Assembly: GCA_034408725.1 (NCBI GenBank)
Contig: JAWXCN010000002.1
Location: 1-15,145 of the forward strand
Origin: Candidatus Hydrogenedentota bacterium
GTDB taxonomy: Bacteria; Hydrogenedentota; Hydrogenedentia; Hydrogenedentales; SLHB01
Direction of reading: 5' to 3'
Length of the DNA: 15,145 nt
Shown here: positions 1-8,623 of the stretch, one piece after another
Position numbering within the stretch: position 1 is the first letter of the stretch
Layout of the letters: each line of letters starts with the position of its first letter
Made by a program: the position numbers and the translations under genes
Notes under the pieces: generated by a model
What the model saw: only the letters and a program-made list of their open reading frames with translations
Told to the model about the DNA's origin: nothing
Database searches by the model: none

Positions 1-192
1 CTCATGGAGCAGTCACGGCTGCGCGGAGGCGAACCCGTGACCACTGAATTGATCTCGATCGATGACCGCATCTCATTTCGCGATGAAGACGGCAGCATGT
101 GTCACTACAATTCCGTGAACGATATGCCGCCGCACGTGCGCGCGTTGTACGAACAGTTCCGCGAACTCAGGGATGACGGTTCTACGGAATAA
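1..192 (+). CDS. Hypothetical protein, probably the C-terminal part of a gene entering from the left edge
   Basis: Frame is open from base 1 (CTC ATG ...) to the stop at 190-192. The YNSVNDMPPHVRALYE segment resembles a 'Y.S.DEMP..VR..YE' motif I recall from uncharacterised bacterial proteins. Overlaps the 3' end of the convergent large gene by 11 nt. Confidence 0.5.
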   Translation, partial: LMEQSRLRGGEPVTTELISIDDRISFRDEDGSMCHYNSVNDMPPHVRALYEQFRELRDDGSTE

Positions 193-3100
193 CCGTGAAC
201 GGCTGATCGCTTTCGTCGGATATCGATGGATTATCCGGCGAAAAGACTCTTATTTTGTACCCCGTGCCGGGCGAAAGATGTGTGGGGACCCGGTACGTAA
301 GCGCTCCATCGTTGAACGTCGAGTGTGTAATGATGCGGTTTAACGAACCGTTTCGCCAAATTTGAATTCCCACTTTCGCGCCGGCCGTAGCACTCGGGGT
401 CCACTGGATCTGCACGTAATCGCGATGCTGCCACACATCGCCGCCGTTCGGACTCAATACCGCAAAGCCCGAAGGCACTGTCACATTCGTAACTGTGATG
501 TTGATAGTCTCACTGGATTGCGCCTGACCATCCGTCGCGATAAACGTTACCGGGTATGGAGAGCCATCTGATCCAGTAGCGGACGGCGTCCACGTAAACA
601 ATCCGTTTCCGCTGCCAGTATTTGTAAATGAAGCCCCGGCTGGCAGATTCTGCGCCGACCACGTTGGCGTCTGGCCATCGGGATCCGATGCCGTCACGGT
701 GAATTGTAGTTGCTGCCCTTCTGCAATGGTCTTGTTTCCAATGGCGGCGATCACGGGCGCGCGATTAACATTGGTTACCGCCATCGAGATCGTCTCACTC
801 GCCGTGAGCGCTCCATCGCTCGCCGTAAATGTTACGGAATACGGTGACGCCGCGGCCGCGGCAAACCCAGGTGTCCATGCGACTGTCGCGACCCCGTTGC
901 CGTTGTTCACGATCGACGCTCCCGCAGGAAGTCCCTGAGCGGACCACGTCGGCGCCTGGCCATCGGGGTCCGACGCGCTTACCGTAAACTGGAGTAATGC
1001 GCCCTCGGCGACCGACTTGTTGCCGATTGCGCTGATCACTGGCGAGCGGTTCACGTTGGTTACAGCAATCGAGATCGTCTCAACAGCCGTGAGCGCGCCA
1101 TCGCTCGCGGTAAACGTCACGGAATACGGCGATGCGCCCGCCGCGGCAAACCCTGGAGTCCACGCGAATGTAGCAACGCCATTGCCGTTGTTGGCCAATG
1201 TCGCACCACTCGGAAGGCCCTGCGCCGACCACGTTGGTATCTGGCCGTCGGGATCAGTTGCGGTGACGGAGAATTGCAGTAGTTGCCCTTCGCTTACCGT
1301 CCTGTTTCCAATCGCGGTGAGGACCGGCGCGCGATTTACATTGACGACGGTGATTGACACCTGCTCGGTGTCACTAAGTGCTCCGTCGCTCGCGGTGAAT
1401 GTCACCGAATAAGGCGAACTCGCGGCCGCTTGATGGTTCGGCGTCCACGAAAACATACCAGCGCCGTTTCCACTCGCGACAAAGGTTGCGCCCGCAGGCA
1501 AGCCCTGCGCGGAAAGCGACGGAATAACGCCATCCGGATCGGTTGCCGAAACCGTGAACTGCAGCAGTTGCGCCTCGTTGACCGTGCGGTTGCCAATTGC
1601 CGCGAGCACGGGCGGACGGTTTGTTGCGGATACAACGATGCTGGTCGTGGTCGAAGCGCCGACCGCGCCGTCGTGCGCCGTAAATATCACCGAATATGGA
1701 GACCCATTCCCAGCACCGAACGATGGCGTCCAGCTAAACGTTCCTGTCCCATTGCCGTTATTGGTAAAGTTTGCGCCCGAAGGTAGGCCCTGCGCGCTCA
1801 ATGTGGGAGTCTGGCCATCGGGATCCGTGGCGGTGACGTTAAATTGTAGCGGCGTGGTTTCTGCCACAAATTGATTGCCCGTTGGCGTAATCTGTGGCGG
1901 ACAGTTTGTGTTGGAAACTGACAGCACAACCGTCTCGGAGTCTGAAAGCGCCCCGTCGCTCGCCGTTATCGTCATGCTGTAAGGCGACGACCCAGCGGCA
2001 ACATACGGTGGCGTCCACGCAAGCGTGCCTGTGCCGTTGTCATTGTCGTTAAAGGTCGCGCCCGCCGGCAAACCGCTCGCGCTCAATGCCGGAATGGCGC
2101 CATCGGGATCGCTCGCGGTAACCAAAGCCGACCATACCTGCCCTTCGGAAATGGTGAAGGGACCCGCCGCCGCAACGATGGGCGCGCGATTGCCGGCCGT
2201 TATCGTAATTGCAACGGTTTCGCTATCGGTCTGCGCTCCGTCAGTCGCTTCGATCGTAATACTGTACGGAGAGTTTGCCGCGGCGCCCTGTGCGGGTACC
2301 CACATGAAAGTTCCCGTTCCATTGCCGTTATCGATAAACGTCGCGCCAATCGGCAGGTTGATGACACCCAGCGCGGGCGCCCCGCTATCGGGATCGGATG
2401 CCGTAACCGTAAAGATGAGGGTGTCGCCTTCTTCAACCGCTTTCGGGCCAATCGGATCAAGCACTGGAGCATTCCCTGCCCCGATGATGCGCACGCCGAA
2501 CATGGCACGGAAGGTTAGAGAGGGCGTGACCGAGTCTGTGGCCAGAATCGAAAGCCCGAAATGGTTGCCGGCGTCCGCCAAATCCGTTGGCCACGAAATC
2601 GTTCCCGTACCATTACCATTAGGTGTGAATGTTGCCCCATTCGGAAAACTGTGCGCGGTGAGGTTGGGAACCGTTCCGTTGGGGTCATAGGCAAACACAT
2701 TTAGCGTGAGGGTGTCACCGGCGACCACTGTCGTTGTCGGAATGGGTTCAATCACCGGCGCATTGGCATTGCCAAGAACGGTTATTTTGAATGAACGCTC
2801 ATTCGTCATCGGCGGATCACCGTGGTCCGTGGCAACCAAACGAATGCCCGTGTATACGCCAACGTCGGCGAGATCAGTCTGCCAGTTGAAGAATCCTGCT
2901 CCCCAACCGTCGTCAAAATACGTTGCGCCTGGCGGCAAATTCTCACCGTGCAGATCAGGTATATCCCCGTCGGTGTCCCATGCGCCCACGACGAACTCGA
3001 TCAGCTCACCCGCGGTATATGTTGAATCCCACACGCCGTCCATACCTGGCGCCTGGTTTCCCGACAATACATGAATCACAAACGACGCGGAGGTGCTCAG

Positions 3101-5479
3101 AGGCGGGTTTCCATTGTCCGCTGCTGTAACGGTGATCGTGTGGTCTCCGGCGTCTTCCGGTAGCGTGTACCATTCAAAGTACCTACGGCCGTCACCGTAA
3201 TGATCAAATAAATGCGCGTTCGCGGGAAGGTTCGTTCCGGTCACCGAAGGGATCGTGCCGTCGGGATCGGACGCTACGATATAGAATCCCACGGCGTTCC
3301 CCGCGCTTACGGACCGATCCCAAATCGTCTCAAACGACGGCGGGTTGTTCCCGCTCTGCGCCGCCGGCACGAAGTTGGCCGTCAACGTCATCGGCGCGTC
3401 ACTGATCGTAATGCTGTGTGATTGCACGCCGCCGTCGGACCAGGATGAAAAAATGTACGGCTCACCGCCAGACATTTGAGGGGAGATTGTCGTCACGGCG
3501 GTCGCACCGTTAACAATGCCCTCCTTTGCAAGCGGCGCGTTCCCCGTGGCCGAAAACGCCCCAACTTCGAGGCCAGGAGGGTTCGTTTGAAGCGTGAGCA
3601 CAGAGGTGTCCGGAAAAAGCTCCAACGATGCCGTTGCACTCGCGCCAAGCTGGCCCGGCTCGGTCGCGGTAAGGCGAATCTCGATGTAGCACGGATACAC
3701 ATGATCGATGCAAATAAATTCGCCCGAGGCGACACCGGCAGCTTCGTGGGTTCGATGTTCATGGCAATCCACGAATGCGATGTCCGCGCAGTGGTGAAGG
3801 ATCACTTCCCAGAACAGTTGGGATGCCGGCATCTGACCCGTTTCCGGATCGATCGCCCGGCCACTGAATTGAATAACGTCGTTTACACGCCACGCCGTGG
3901 ACAGGCCCGGCGTTAGAATCTCCGGGACCGGCGGAAGATTGTCGACGCTGATGGTAATCGTGCCGGTGTCTGATGCGCCATCGGCGTCCGTAACGCGCAA
4001 CGTCACCACATACGTGCCGGGAAGTGTATAGGTAAACGACGGCGCCGATGATACGGAGTCTCCGAACGTACCATCGCCGTTCAAATCCCAGTTATACGCG
4101 ATCGTGTCGCCGATATCCGGATCGGAAGATTCCGTGCCGTCAAATCGCACGAGTAGCGGCGCATTACCGCTGGTAACGTCCGCTTCAATCACGGCGACGG
4201 GAGGATTGTTGTTCTGCGTGTAGTCGATGCGACGGACTTGACCGTCTCCAATATCAATATAGAAAATATCGCCACTGGGTCCCGTTTGTAGATCAACAAT
4301 GCCCACACCGGATGGTATAAACAATATCTTGTTCTGCGGATTAGGTTCACCGTTCGCTTTGGGAAGAAGCGCGTGCAAATCACCGCGCGCGTAATCGGCG
4401 AGGAACATTGCGCCATCGTACTCCGGCGGATAGTCGCCCCCCATATAAAATGCCGCGCCGCTGATGGCCGCGCCGCCGGTATGCTGATACGTATAGTACG
4501 GAATGCTTGCCGTCCCGGCAGCGTACAACGACACCAGTAACGGAAGCCCCGCCCCTTCATAGATTGGCTGACGGCCTACCCCTTCGTAGCCCGGCCAACC
4601 GAAGTTGGGAACTGGACCTGAAAATGGGAACGGAACGCGGTTCAGTTCCTCCCAGTTGTTCCACCCAACGTCGCATATCCATACGCTGTTGAGCGTCGGA
4701 TGCACCGTAAACCGGAATGGATTGCGCAACCCGTAAGCAAGAATCCTGTCGTCATTCACCGCACCGCCAATGAGAGGGTTCCCCGGCCAGGCAGCACCTG
4801 TGTCCGGATGGATACGCAGCAAGGTCCCGCTAAGCCCGAGAGGATCGGAAGTCGTGCGAATGTCCTGACTGCGCAACGCCCCACCTTCGTTAACCGGGTC
4901 ATCTACGTCAATGCCTCCAAGCGGGCTTCCATCCGGATTGTAGGGTTCGTCCTGCCCCCAATCCGCCCACCCAAAACTTGCCCCGTCGCCAGCCGTGATA
5001 TACAGCGCGCCTTCGGGTCCAAAATTCAAATCGCCTATAGAATGACTGGGGTAAACTTGCGCCCAGTCTTCAATAATTGTTTGCTCGCTAATCATCTGGA
5101 ACGTCGAAGTGTTCAACGTCAGCCGCGAGAGTCTGCCCCCGGGAACGCCGCGCAAGGAATAAAGCACATAGATATAAGGACGTGTTGGAAATTGAGGATC
5201 GACCTCCAGCCCCAGCATCCCGTGATCGTGAAATGACCATACGCGGCTTCTCAGGTCAGCGACGGTCGTAGCGGTCGTATCATTAATGCTGTCGAACGTG
5301 CGCACCATCCCGAGCTTCTCAATCAGAAACACCCGGCCGTTGGGCGCGAATCGTACCGCTGTCGGCTGATTGATATTGGACCAGACAATTATCTCCTGGA
5401 AACCGGTGGGCAAGGCATACACCAGACCGCAGAGCAACATCAAAATGATTGACGAACTGGTAAAACGCGAAATGAGCAT
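182..5479 (-). CDS. Large secreted multidomain protein: PQQ-dependent sugar dehydrogenase (GSDH)-like beta-propeller + PKD + 10 cadherin/He_PIG-like Ig repeats + C-terminal Kre9/KNH-like Ig domain
   Basis: ATG at 5479 is preceded by GGGGAG (SD, 7 nt spacing), so it is preferred over the ORF-track start at 5506. Signal peptide MLISRF...LMLLCGLVYA|LP. GSDH motifs (GMLGLEVDPQF, HSIGDLNFGPEGALYITAGDG, AYGLRNPFRF, DVGWNNWEELN, NFGWP) at ~5410-4220. PKD motif (FDGTESSDPD..YNWDLNGDG..YTLPGTYVVTLRVTD) at ~4210-3935. Terminal 'VLSPNGGDVW...IQW...YKIRV...SDESDQPFTV' domain. Confidence 0.9.
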   Translation of the reverse strand: MLISRFTSSSIILMLLCGLVYALPTGFQEIIVWSNINQPTAVRFAPNGRVFLIEKLGMVRTFDSINDTTATTVADLRSRVWSFHDHGMLGLEVDPQFPTRPYIYVLYSLRGVPGGRLSRLTLNTSTFQMISEQTIIEDWAQVYPSHSIGDLNFGPEGALYITAGDGASFGWADWGQDEPYNPDGSPLGGIDVDDPVNEGGALRSQDIRTTSDPLGLSGTLLRIHPDTGAAWPGNPLIGGAVNDDRILAYGLRNPFRFTVHPTLNSVWICDVGWNNWEELNRVPFPFSGPVPNFGWPGYEGVGRQPIYEGAGLPLLVSLYAAGTASIPYYTYQHTGGAAISGAAFYMGGDYPPEYDGAMFLADYARGDLHALLPKANGEPNPQNKILFIPSGVGIVDLQTGPSGDIFYIDIGDGQVRRIDYTQNNNPPVAVIEADVTSGNAPLLVRFDGTESSDPDIGDTIAYNWDLNGDGTFGDSVSSAPSFTYTLPGTYVVTLRVTDADGASDTGTITISVDNLPPVPEILTPGLSTAWRVNDVIQFSGRAIDPETGQMPASQLFWEVILHHCADIAFVDCHEHRTHEAAGVASGEFICIDHVYPCYIEIRLTATEPGQLGASATASLELFPDTSVLTLQTNPPGLEVGAFSATGNAPLAKEGIVNGATAVTTISPQMSGGEPYIFSSWSDGGVQSHSITISDAPMTLTANFVPAAQSGNNPPSFETIWDRSVSAGNAVGFYIVASDPDGTIPSVTGTNLPANAHLFDHYGDGRRYFEWYTLPEDAGDHTITVTAADNGNPPLSTSASFVIHVLSGNQAPGMDGVWDSTYTAGELIEFVVGAWDTDGDIPDLHGENLPPGATYFDDGWGAGFFNWQTDLADVGVYTGIRLVATDHGDPPMTNERSFKITVLGNANAPVIEPIPTTTVVAGDTLTLNVFAYDPNGTVPNLTAHSFPNGATFTPNGNGTGTISWPTDLADAGNHFGLSILATDSVTPSLTFRAMFGVRIIGAGNAPVLDPIGPKAVEEGDTLIFTVTASDPDSGAPALGVINLPIGATFIDNGNGTGTFMWVPAQGAAANSPYSITIEATDGAQTDSETVAITITAGNRAPIVAAAGPFTISEGQVWSALVTASDPDGAIPALSASGLPAGATFNDNDNGTGTLAWTPPYVAAGSSPYSMTITASDGALSDSETVVLSVSNTNCPPQITPTGNQFVAETTPLQFNVTATDPDGQTPTLSAQGLPSGANFTNNGNGTGTFSWTPSFGAGNGSPYSVIFTAHDGAVGASTTTSIVVSATNRPPVLAAIGNRTVNEAQLLQFTVSATDPDGVIPSLSAQGLPAGATFVASGNGAGMFSWTPNHQAAASSPYSVTFTASDGALSDTEQVSITVVNVNRAPVLTAIGNRTVSEGQLLQFSVTATDPDGQIPTWSAQGLPSGATLANNGNGVATFAWTPGFAAAGASPYSVTFTASDGALTAVETISIAVTNVNRSPVISAIGNKSVAEGALLQFTVSASDPDGQAPTWSAQGLPAGASIVNNGNGVATVAWTPGFAAAAASPYSVTFTASDGALTASETISMAVTNVNRAPVIAAIGNKTIAEGQQLQFTVTASDPDGQTPTWSAQNLPAGASFTNTGSGNGLFTWTPSATGSDGSPYPVTFIATDGQAQSSETINITVTNVTVPSGFAVLSPNGGDVWQHRDYVQIQWTPSATAGAKVGIQIWRNGSLNRIITHSTFNDGALTYRVPTHLSPGTGYKIRVFSPDNPSISDESDQPFTVIP
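482..3349 (-). repeat. Ten tandem ~95-aa Ig/cadherin-like domain repeats within the large CDS
   Basis: Unit consensus N(R)xP...IGN..V.EG..LQF.V.A.DPDG..P..SA.GLP.GA.F..NGNG...F.WTP......SPY.VTF.ASDG......I.I.V. Unit starts at 2476, 2191, 1906, 1621, 1336, 1051 and 766 are exactly 285 nt apart. Three more divergent units lie between ~3349 and 2477. Confidence 0.9.
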
Positions 5480-5626
5480 AATTGATCTCCCCGCAACAAA
5501 AAGCACGACTGTCCGCGTTTGCCCAACAAAACGCGCGGAAGCTTAGTCTTGCACCAAAGAGAGCAAGCGCGGTGCCCACTGTACACCAGAGCTAAGTGGT
5601 TGATCGGAATGCACCTAAGAAAGAAT

Positions 5627-5656
5627 AGTATACTGGATAAAGTACGAAAAAGGCAA
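5627..5656 (-). promoter_or_regulatory. Putative sigma70-type promoter of the large secreted protein gene
   Basis: Minus strand reads TTGCCT-N18-TATACT in an AT-rich patch ~150 nt upstream of the ATG at 5479. Confidence 0.5.
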
Positions 5657-5839
5657 TCTAATTCATCCCTGCACCACTCATTGTCACGGGTGACTGATGT
5701 TTCACCCCCCGCAAAACGGCTAGAGTCGCGCTCAGTAACTACAATCGCCGAACCTATTTGTAGCGTGATGTTGGATTCGTCGTCGTCCCAACCAACCCAT
5801 ATACTTAACATGCCTAAAAAGCGAAGGAAAACCGGATCA

Positions 5840-6976
5840 ATGATCGAAATCTACGGAAAGAAGTACCGCGTCGCGGATTTGCGGCGTCGCGTCGGCAACA
5901 TGGATCAGATCGCCGGCGTTCGCTTGGTCCAGTTAGACAATGGAAATGAACGGCCCAACCGCGCGGCGATTATTCATACCGGGACGGGACTCGAACTTTG
6001 TGTGCTCCTCGACCGCTGCCTCGATATCGCATCCGCGTCGTATCGTGGCCAGGCCATGGGCTGGCGCTCGACGACGGGAGACGTCGCCCCTCAATACTTC
6101 GAGCCGGAATGGACCCGATGGTTGCGAAGTTATTTCGGAGGACTGGTGACGACGTGCGGCTTGATGAATGTCGGCGCGCCAACGCGCGACAGCGCAGTCC
6201 ACGGAAACGGTTTGCACGGGCGCATCGGCAACGCGCCTGCGCGAGACATTCAAATTCGCCAGGAATGGCAGAACGATGCGTATGTATTGAGTGTTTCTGG
6301 AATCATGCGGGAAACGGTAGTTTTCGGCGAGAACCTCACCCTTCGGCGAACAGTTTCAACGGAACTCGGTTCAACTTCGTTTCGGATCAAGGATGTTGTA
6401 ACAAACGAGGGCTTCAAAAATACGAGATTCCAGTTGCTATACCATTGCAACATTGGATGGCCCGTTGTCGATGCGGGTTCCGAACTGCTCATTCCCAGCA
6501 AAACGATCGCGCCGCGCGACAAGACCGCAGCGGAAGACAAGTCAGACTGGCGGCGATGTGATGCCCCCACGTATGGCTATGCTGAAAAAGTATATTACCA
6601 CGACGTAGCGACCGCGAAAGATGGGACGGCAACCTGCGCCATCATCAATGACGGATGGAAACGCGGAAACGGTTTCGGCGTCTACTTACGGTATAGCCCG
6701 CAAGAGCTTCCCCGATTCGCGCAATGGAAACAAATGGGTGAACAGGACTACGTCGTCGGCCTTGAACCCTCCAACTGCGGTGTAGAAGGACGCCAGGTTG
6801 ACGAAGAACTGGGGCTGTTGCACGCGCTCAAGCCAGGAGAAAGCCGTTCGTATTCACTGGAGTTCGGAGCGGTAACAGACGAAAAAATGGTTAAGAAGCT
6901 CCGCGCCGGTTGCGCGAAGGTCAAACCGCGATGGGCGGAGAGCTATCAGGATTTTGTCACGAAACCCAAAGGCTAG
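5840..6976 (+). CDS. Aldose 1-epimerase (galactose mutarotase-like) family protein, DUF4432
   Basis: Typical N-terminus (LRRRVGNMDQIAGVR..L.NG.ER), LDRCLDI, WLRSYFGGLVTTCGL, GLHGRIGN, LLYHCNIGWP and GLEP motifs. ATG 5840 with AAGGA upstream is preferred over the long ORF-track start at 5519, whose extension is low-complexity and spans the divergent promoter region. Confidence 0.85.
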   Translation: MIEIYGKKYRVADLRRRVGNMDQIAGVRLVQLDNGNERPNRAAIIHTGTGLELCVLLDRCLDIASASYRGQAMGWRSTTGDVAPQYFEPEWTRWLRSYFGGLVTTCGLMNVGAPTRDSAVHGNGLHGRIGNAPARDIQIRQEWQNDAYVLSVSGIMRETVVFGENLTLRRTVSTELGSTSFRIKDVVTNEGFKNTRFQLLYHCNIGWPVVDAGSELLIPSKTIAPRDKTAAEDKSDWRRCDAPTYGYAEKVYYHDVATAKDGTATCAIINDGWKRGNGFGVYLRYSPQELPRFAQWKQMGEQDYVVGLEPSNCGVEGRQVDEELGLLHALKPGESRSYSLEFGAVTDEKMVKKLRAGCAKVKPRWAESYQDFVTKPKG

Positions 6977-7013
6977 TTTGACGAGATTCTCAAGGCCGTG
7001 TTTGGAAAGTGCG

Positions 7014-7307
7014 CTATTTGGACTGCGGTGGCGGAGCGGGTAGCGTAGACACCGCTTTGGCTGTTTATAGTTGGTGACTTCATGCGCGCACAACAAGGGT
7101 TGGCCATCTGTGATAAACAGCCAAAGCGCGCCTTGGGGGCCGCCGCAGTCCAAATAGGCCTCTTGTTATAACGCCGTTGGGGTAGAGGACTAAGTCGTTT
7201 TGGGTAGGGGACCATTTGGACTGCGGTGGCGGAGCGGGTAGCGTAGACACCGCTTTGGCTGTTTATAGGCGACGACTTATGCCCCGCACGGCAAGGGTAG
7301 CTCCATC
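7014..7307. repeat. REP/BIME-like intergenic cluster: two identical 55-bp direct copies flanking one inverted, internally altered copy
   Basis: 7016-7070 is identical to 7214-7268 (ATTTGGACTGCGGTGGCGGAGCGGGTAGCGTAGACACCGCTTTGGCTGTTTATAG), with degenerate similarity for ~40 nt more. Inverted copy at 7113-7157: 7053-7068 pairs perfectly with 7113-7128 (16 bp), and 7014-7032 pairs with 7139-7157 (19 bp, one G-T). Confidence 0.85.
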
Positions 7308-7321
7308 GCCGGACGATCAAC

Positions 7322-8623
7322 TCATGGCGGATGGGCCAATCCATAATCGCCGCGGGCGGATGACGCGAGCCACTCCATCAGTTCGATGCGCTTATCGGCG
7401 GGGGCGATCGTGTAGTGGTCTCCGGGAAATACAATTTCGCGGACCTCGTGACCGTCGGCTTTCAAGCGCCGGATCGTATACGCGATATCTTTATTGTTGA
7501 AATCACGGTCTGCGTGTAGAAATGCCACACGAACATGCGGGGAAATCCGGCCGAGTCCATACCCGCCAAACGCGACCTGCAACAGCCCAGCAAAGTTTTC
7601 CGGATTCCGGACCGCGCATTCCCAGCCGGTCCGCGCGCCGCCGCTCGCTCCATACGTGAATCCAAGCCGCGGATCGACCCGCAGGCTGGGCAGCACCGTA
7701 TAAAATGCAAGCTCCTGGGCGTATTTGTTGGTCCCGTATGTAGCGTTGCTGCTGTTGTTAATGGCGACCAGGATAATCATTTTCTTTTCCGCAAACTCTT
7801 TGAACCCTTGAAAGGCCGGATTCCCTTCCGGCATGGAAATCATGATCGCGGGGAAGTACGCTGCCGGTTGCATTTGATAGGCCATCGGAATATATACATC
7901 CAGCGTATAAGCTGCATTACTCTTGCATGGAATCCTCTTGTAGATGCCTGGCTTCCATTGCGGGACACCGTCTATCGCCGTATGTTGCCACACCTCTGGC
8001 GGGTGTTCGATTCCAGGCCGGTCTACCGGCCCTTCGGCAAGCGCGATATTCAGCAATCGATCCGATTCGGCAACTTCCTGTTGCTTTTCGAGCTGGCCTT
8101 GCCGTTTGCGCGCCGTTTCGTCACGGCGCGCATTCAATTGGCTTTTTGCCGCTTCCATCTCAGTCTGCGAAACTGTTGATCTCAATCGCGCCGGGTCTGT
8201 TACGACGCGATAGGCGATTCCGCTGCCAATTACGGCAAGCCCCACGCCCAACAGCGCCGCGATGCGTCGAGGCTTCACCTGCACCCGCCGCGATGGCGCG
8301 CGCGCTGGTGGTTCGTCACGCTCGAGCGAAGGTGGTTCGACTTGGACGCCATAATCGCCCCGGTCGATTCGTTCGAGCAATCGTTCTCCGCGAGCAGAAC
8401 CCAGGTTTAGATGCAGGTGCGTCGCAACGGAACGCGCTTCTTCGATCCGGCGCAACGCCATGAGACAACGGGCCTGCGCATACACAATCTCGGAGTTTTT
8501 TGGATACTCGCGGGCAAGCGGCATCAGCAAATCGAGCGCTTCGCCGTAATCCCCGGACTGGAAAAGACTGTTCGCCCACTTGAACTGTGCCTGCGCGGAC
8601 GTGTCATTGGGCGTGGTAGCCAT
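7322..8623 (-). CDS. Membrane-anchored protein: N-terminal TPR, single TM helix, coiled coil, C-terminal alpha/beta-hydrolase (esterase-like) domain
   Basis: TPR-like helices (ANSLFQSGDYGEALDLL..YPKNSEIVYAQARCLMALRRIEEA), TM IAALLGVGLAVIGSGIAY, nucleophile elbow GASGG (7637-7651), candidate Asp in FLHADRD and His in FPGDH. The start overlaps the upstream stop (TAATG at 8625-8621). Confidence 0.75.
   Translation of the reverse strand: MATTPNDTSAQAQFKWANSLFQSGDYGEALDLLMPLAREYPKNSEIVYAQARCLMALRRIEEARSVATHLHLNLGSARGERLLERIDRGDYGVQVEPPSLERDEPPARAPSRRVQVKPRRIAALLGVGLAVIGSGIAYRVVTDPARLRSTVSQTEMEAAKSQLNARRDETARKRQGQLEKQQEVAESDRLLNIALAEGPVDRPGIEHPPEVWQHTAIDGVPQWKPGIYKRIPCKSNAAYTLDVYIPMAYQMQPAAYFPAIMISMPEGNPAFQGFKEFAEKKMIILVAINNSSNATYGTNKYAQELAFYTVLPSLRVDPRLGFTYGASGGARTGWECAVRNPENFAGLLQVAFGGYGLGRISPHVRVAFLHADRDFNNKDIAYTIRRLKADGHEVREIVFPGDHYTIAPADKRIELMEWLASSARGDYGLAHPP

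Noticed and set aside
699-3074. Series of + strand ORFs with repeating motifs (699-938, 1017-1412, 1554-1874, 2025-2690, 2706-3074)
   Set aside because: Antisense shadows of the repetitive Ig-domain coding region; the complementary frame lacks stops because of codon bias.
5776-5805. Promoter for the DUF4432 gene (TATACT at 5800-5805)
   Set aside because: The -10 is good but there is no credible -35 or extended -10, so it is too weak to list as a feature.
5519-5839. 107-aa N-terminal extension of the DUF4432 ORF
   Set aside because: Ser/Arg-rich with no family resemblance, spans the AT-rich divergent promoter region, and the recognisable family N-terminus begins at ATG 5840.
7016-7268. Two identical 55-bp repeats as a CRISPR mini-array
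   Set aside because: Only two direct copies, too long, separated by 143 nt that contains an inverted copy, and no cas genes. This fits a REP-like element.
6973-7344. 123-aa minus-strand ORF with duplicated INSQSGVYATRSATAVQ peptide (and the 6854-7153 and 7216-7500 ORFs)
   Set aside because: The peptide duplication is simply the translation of the DNA repeat. No protein-family features.
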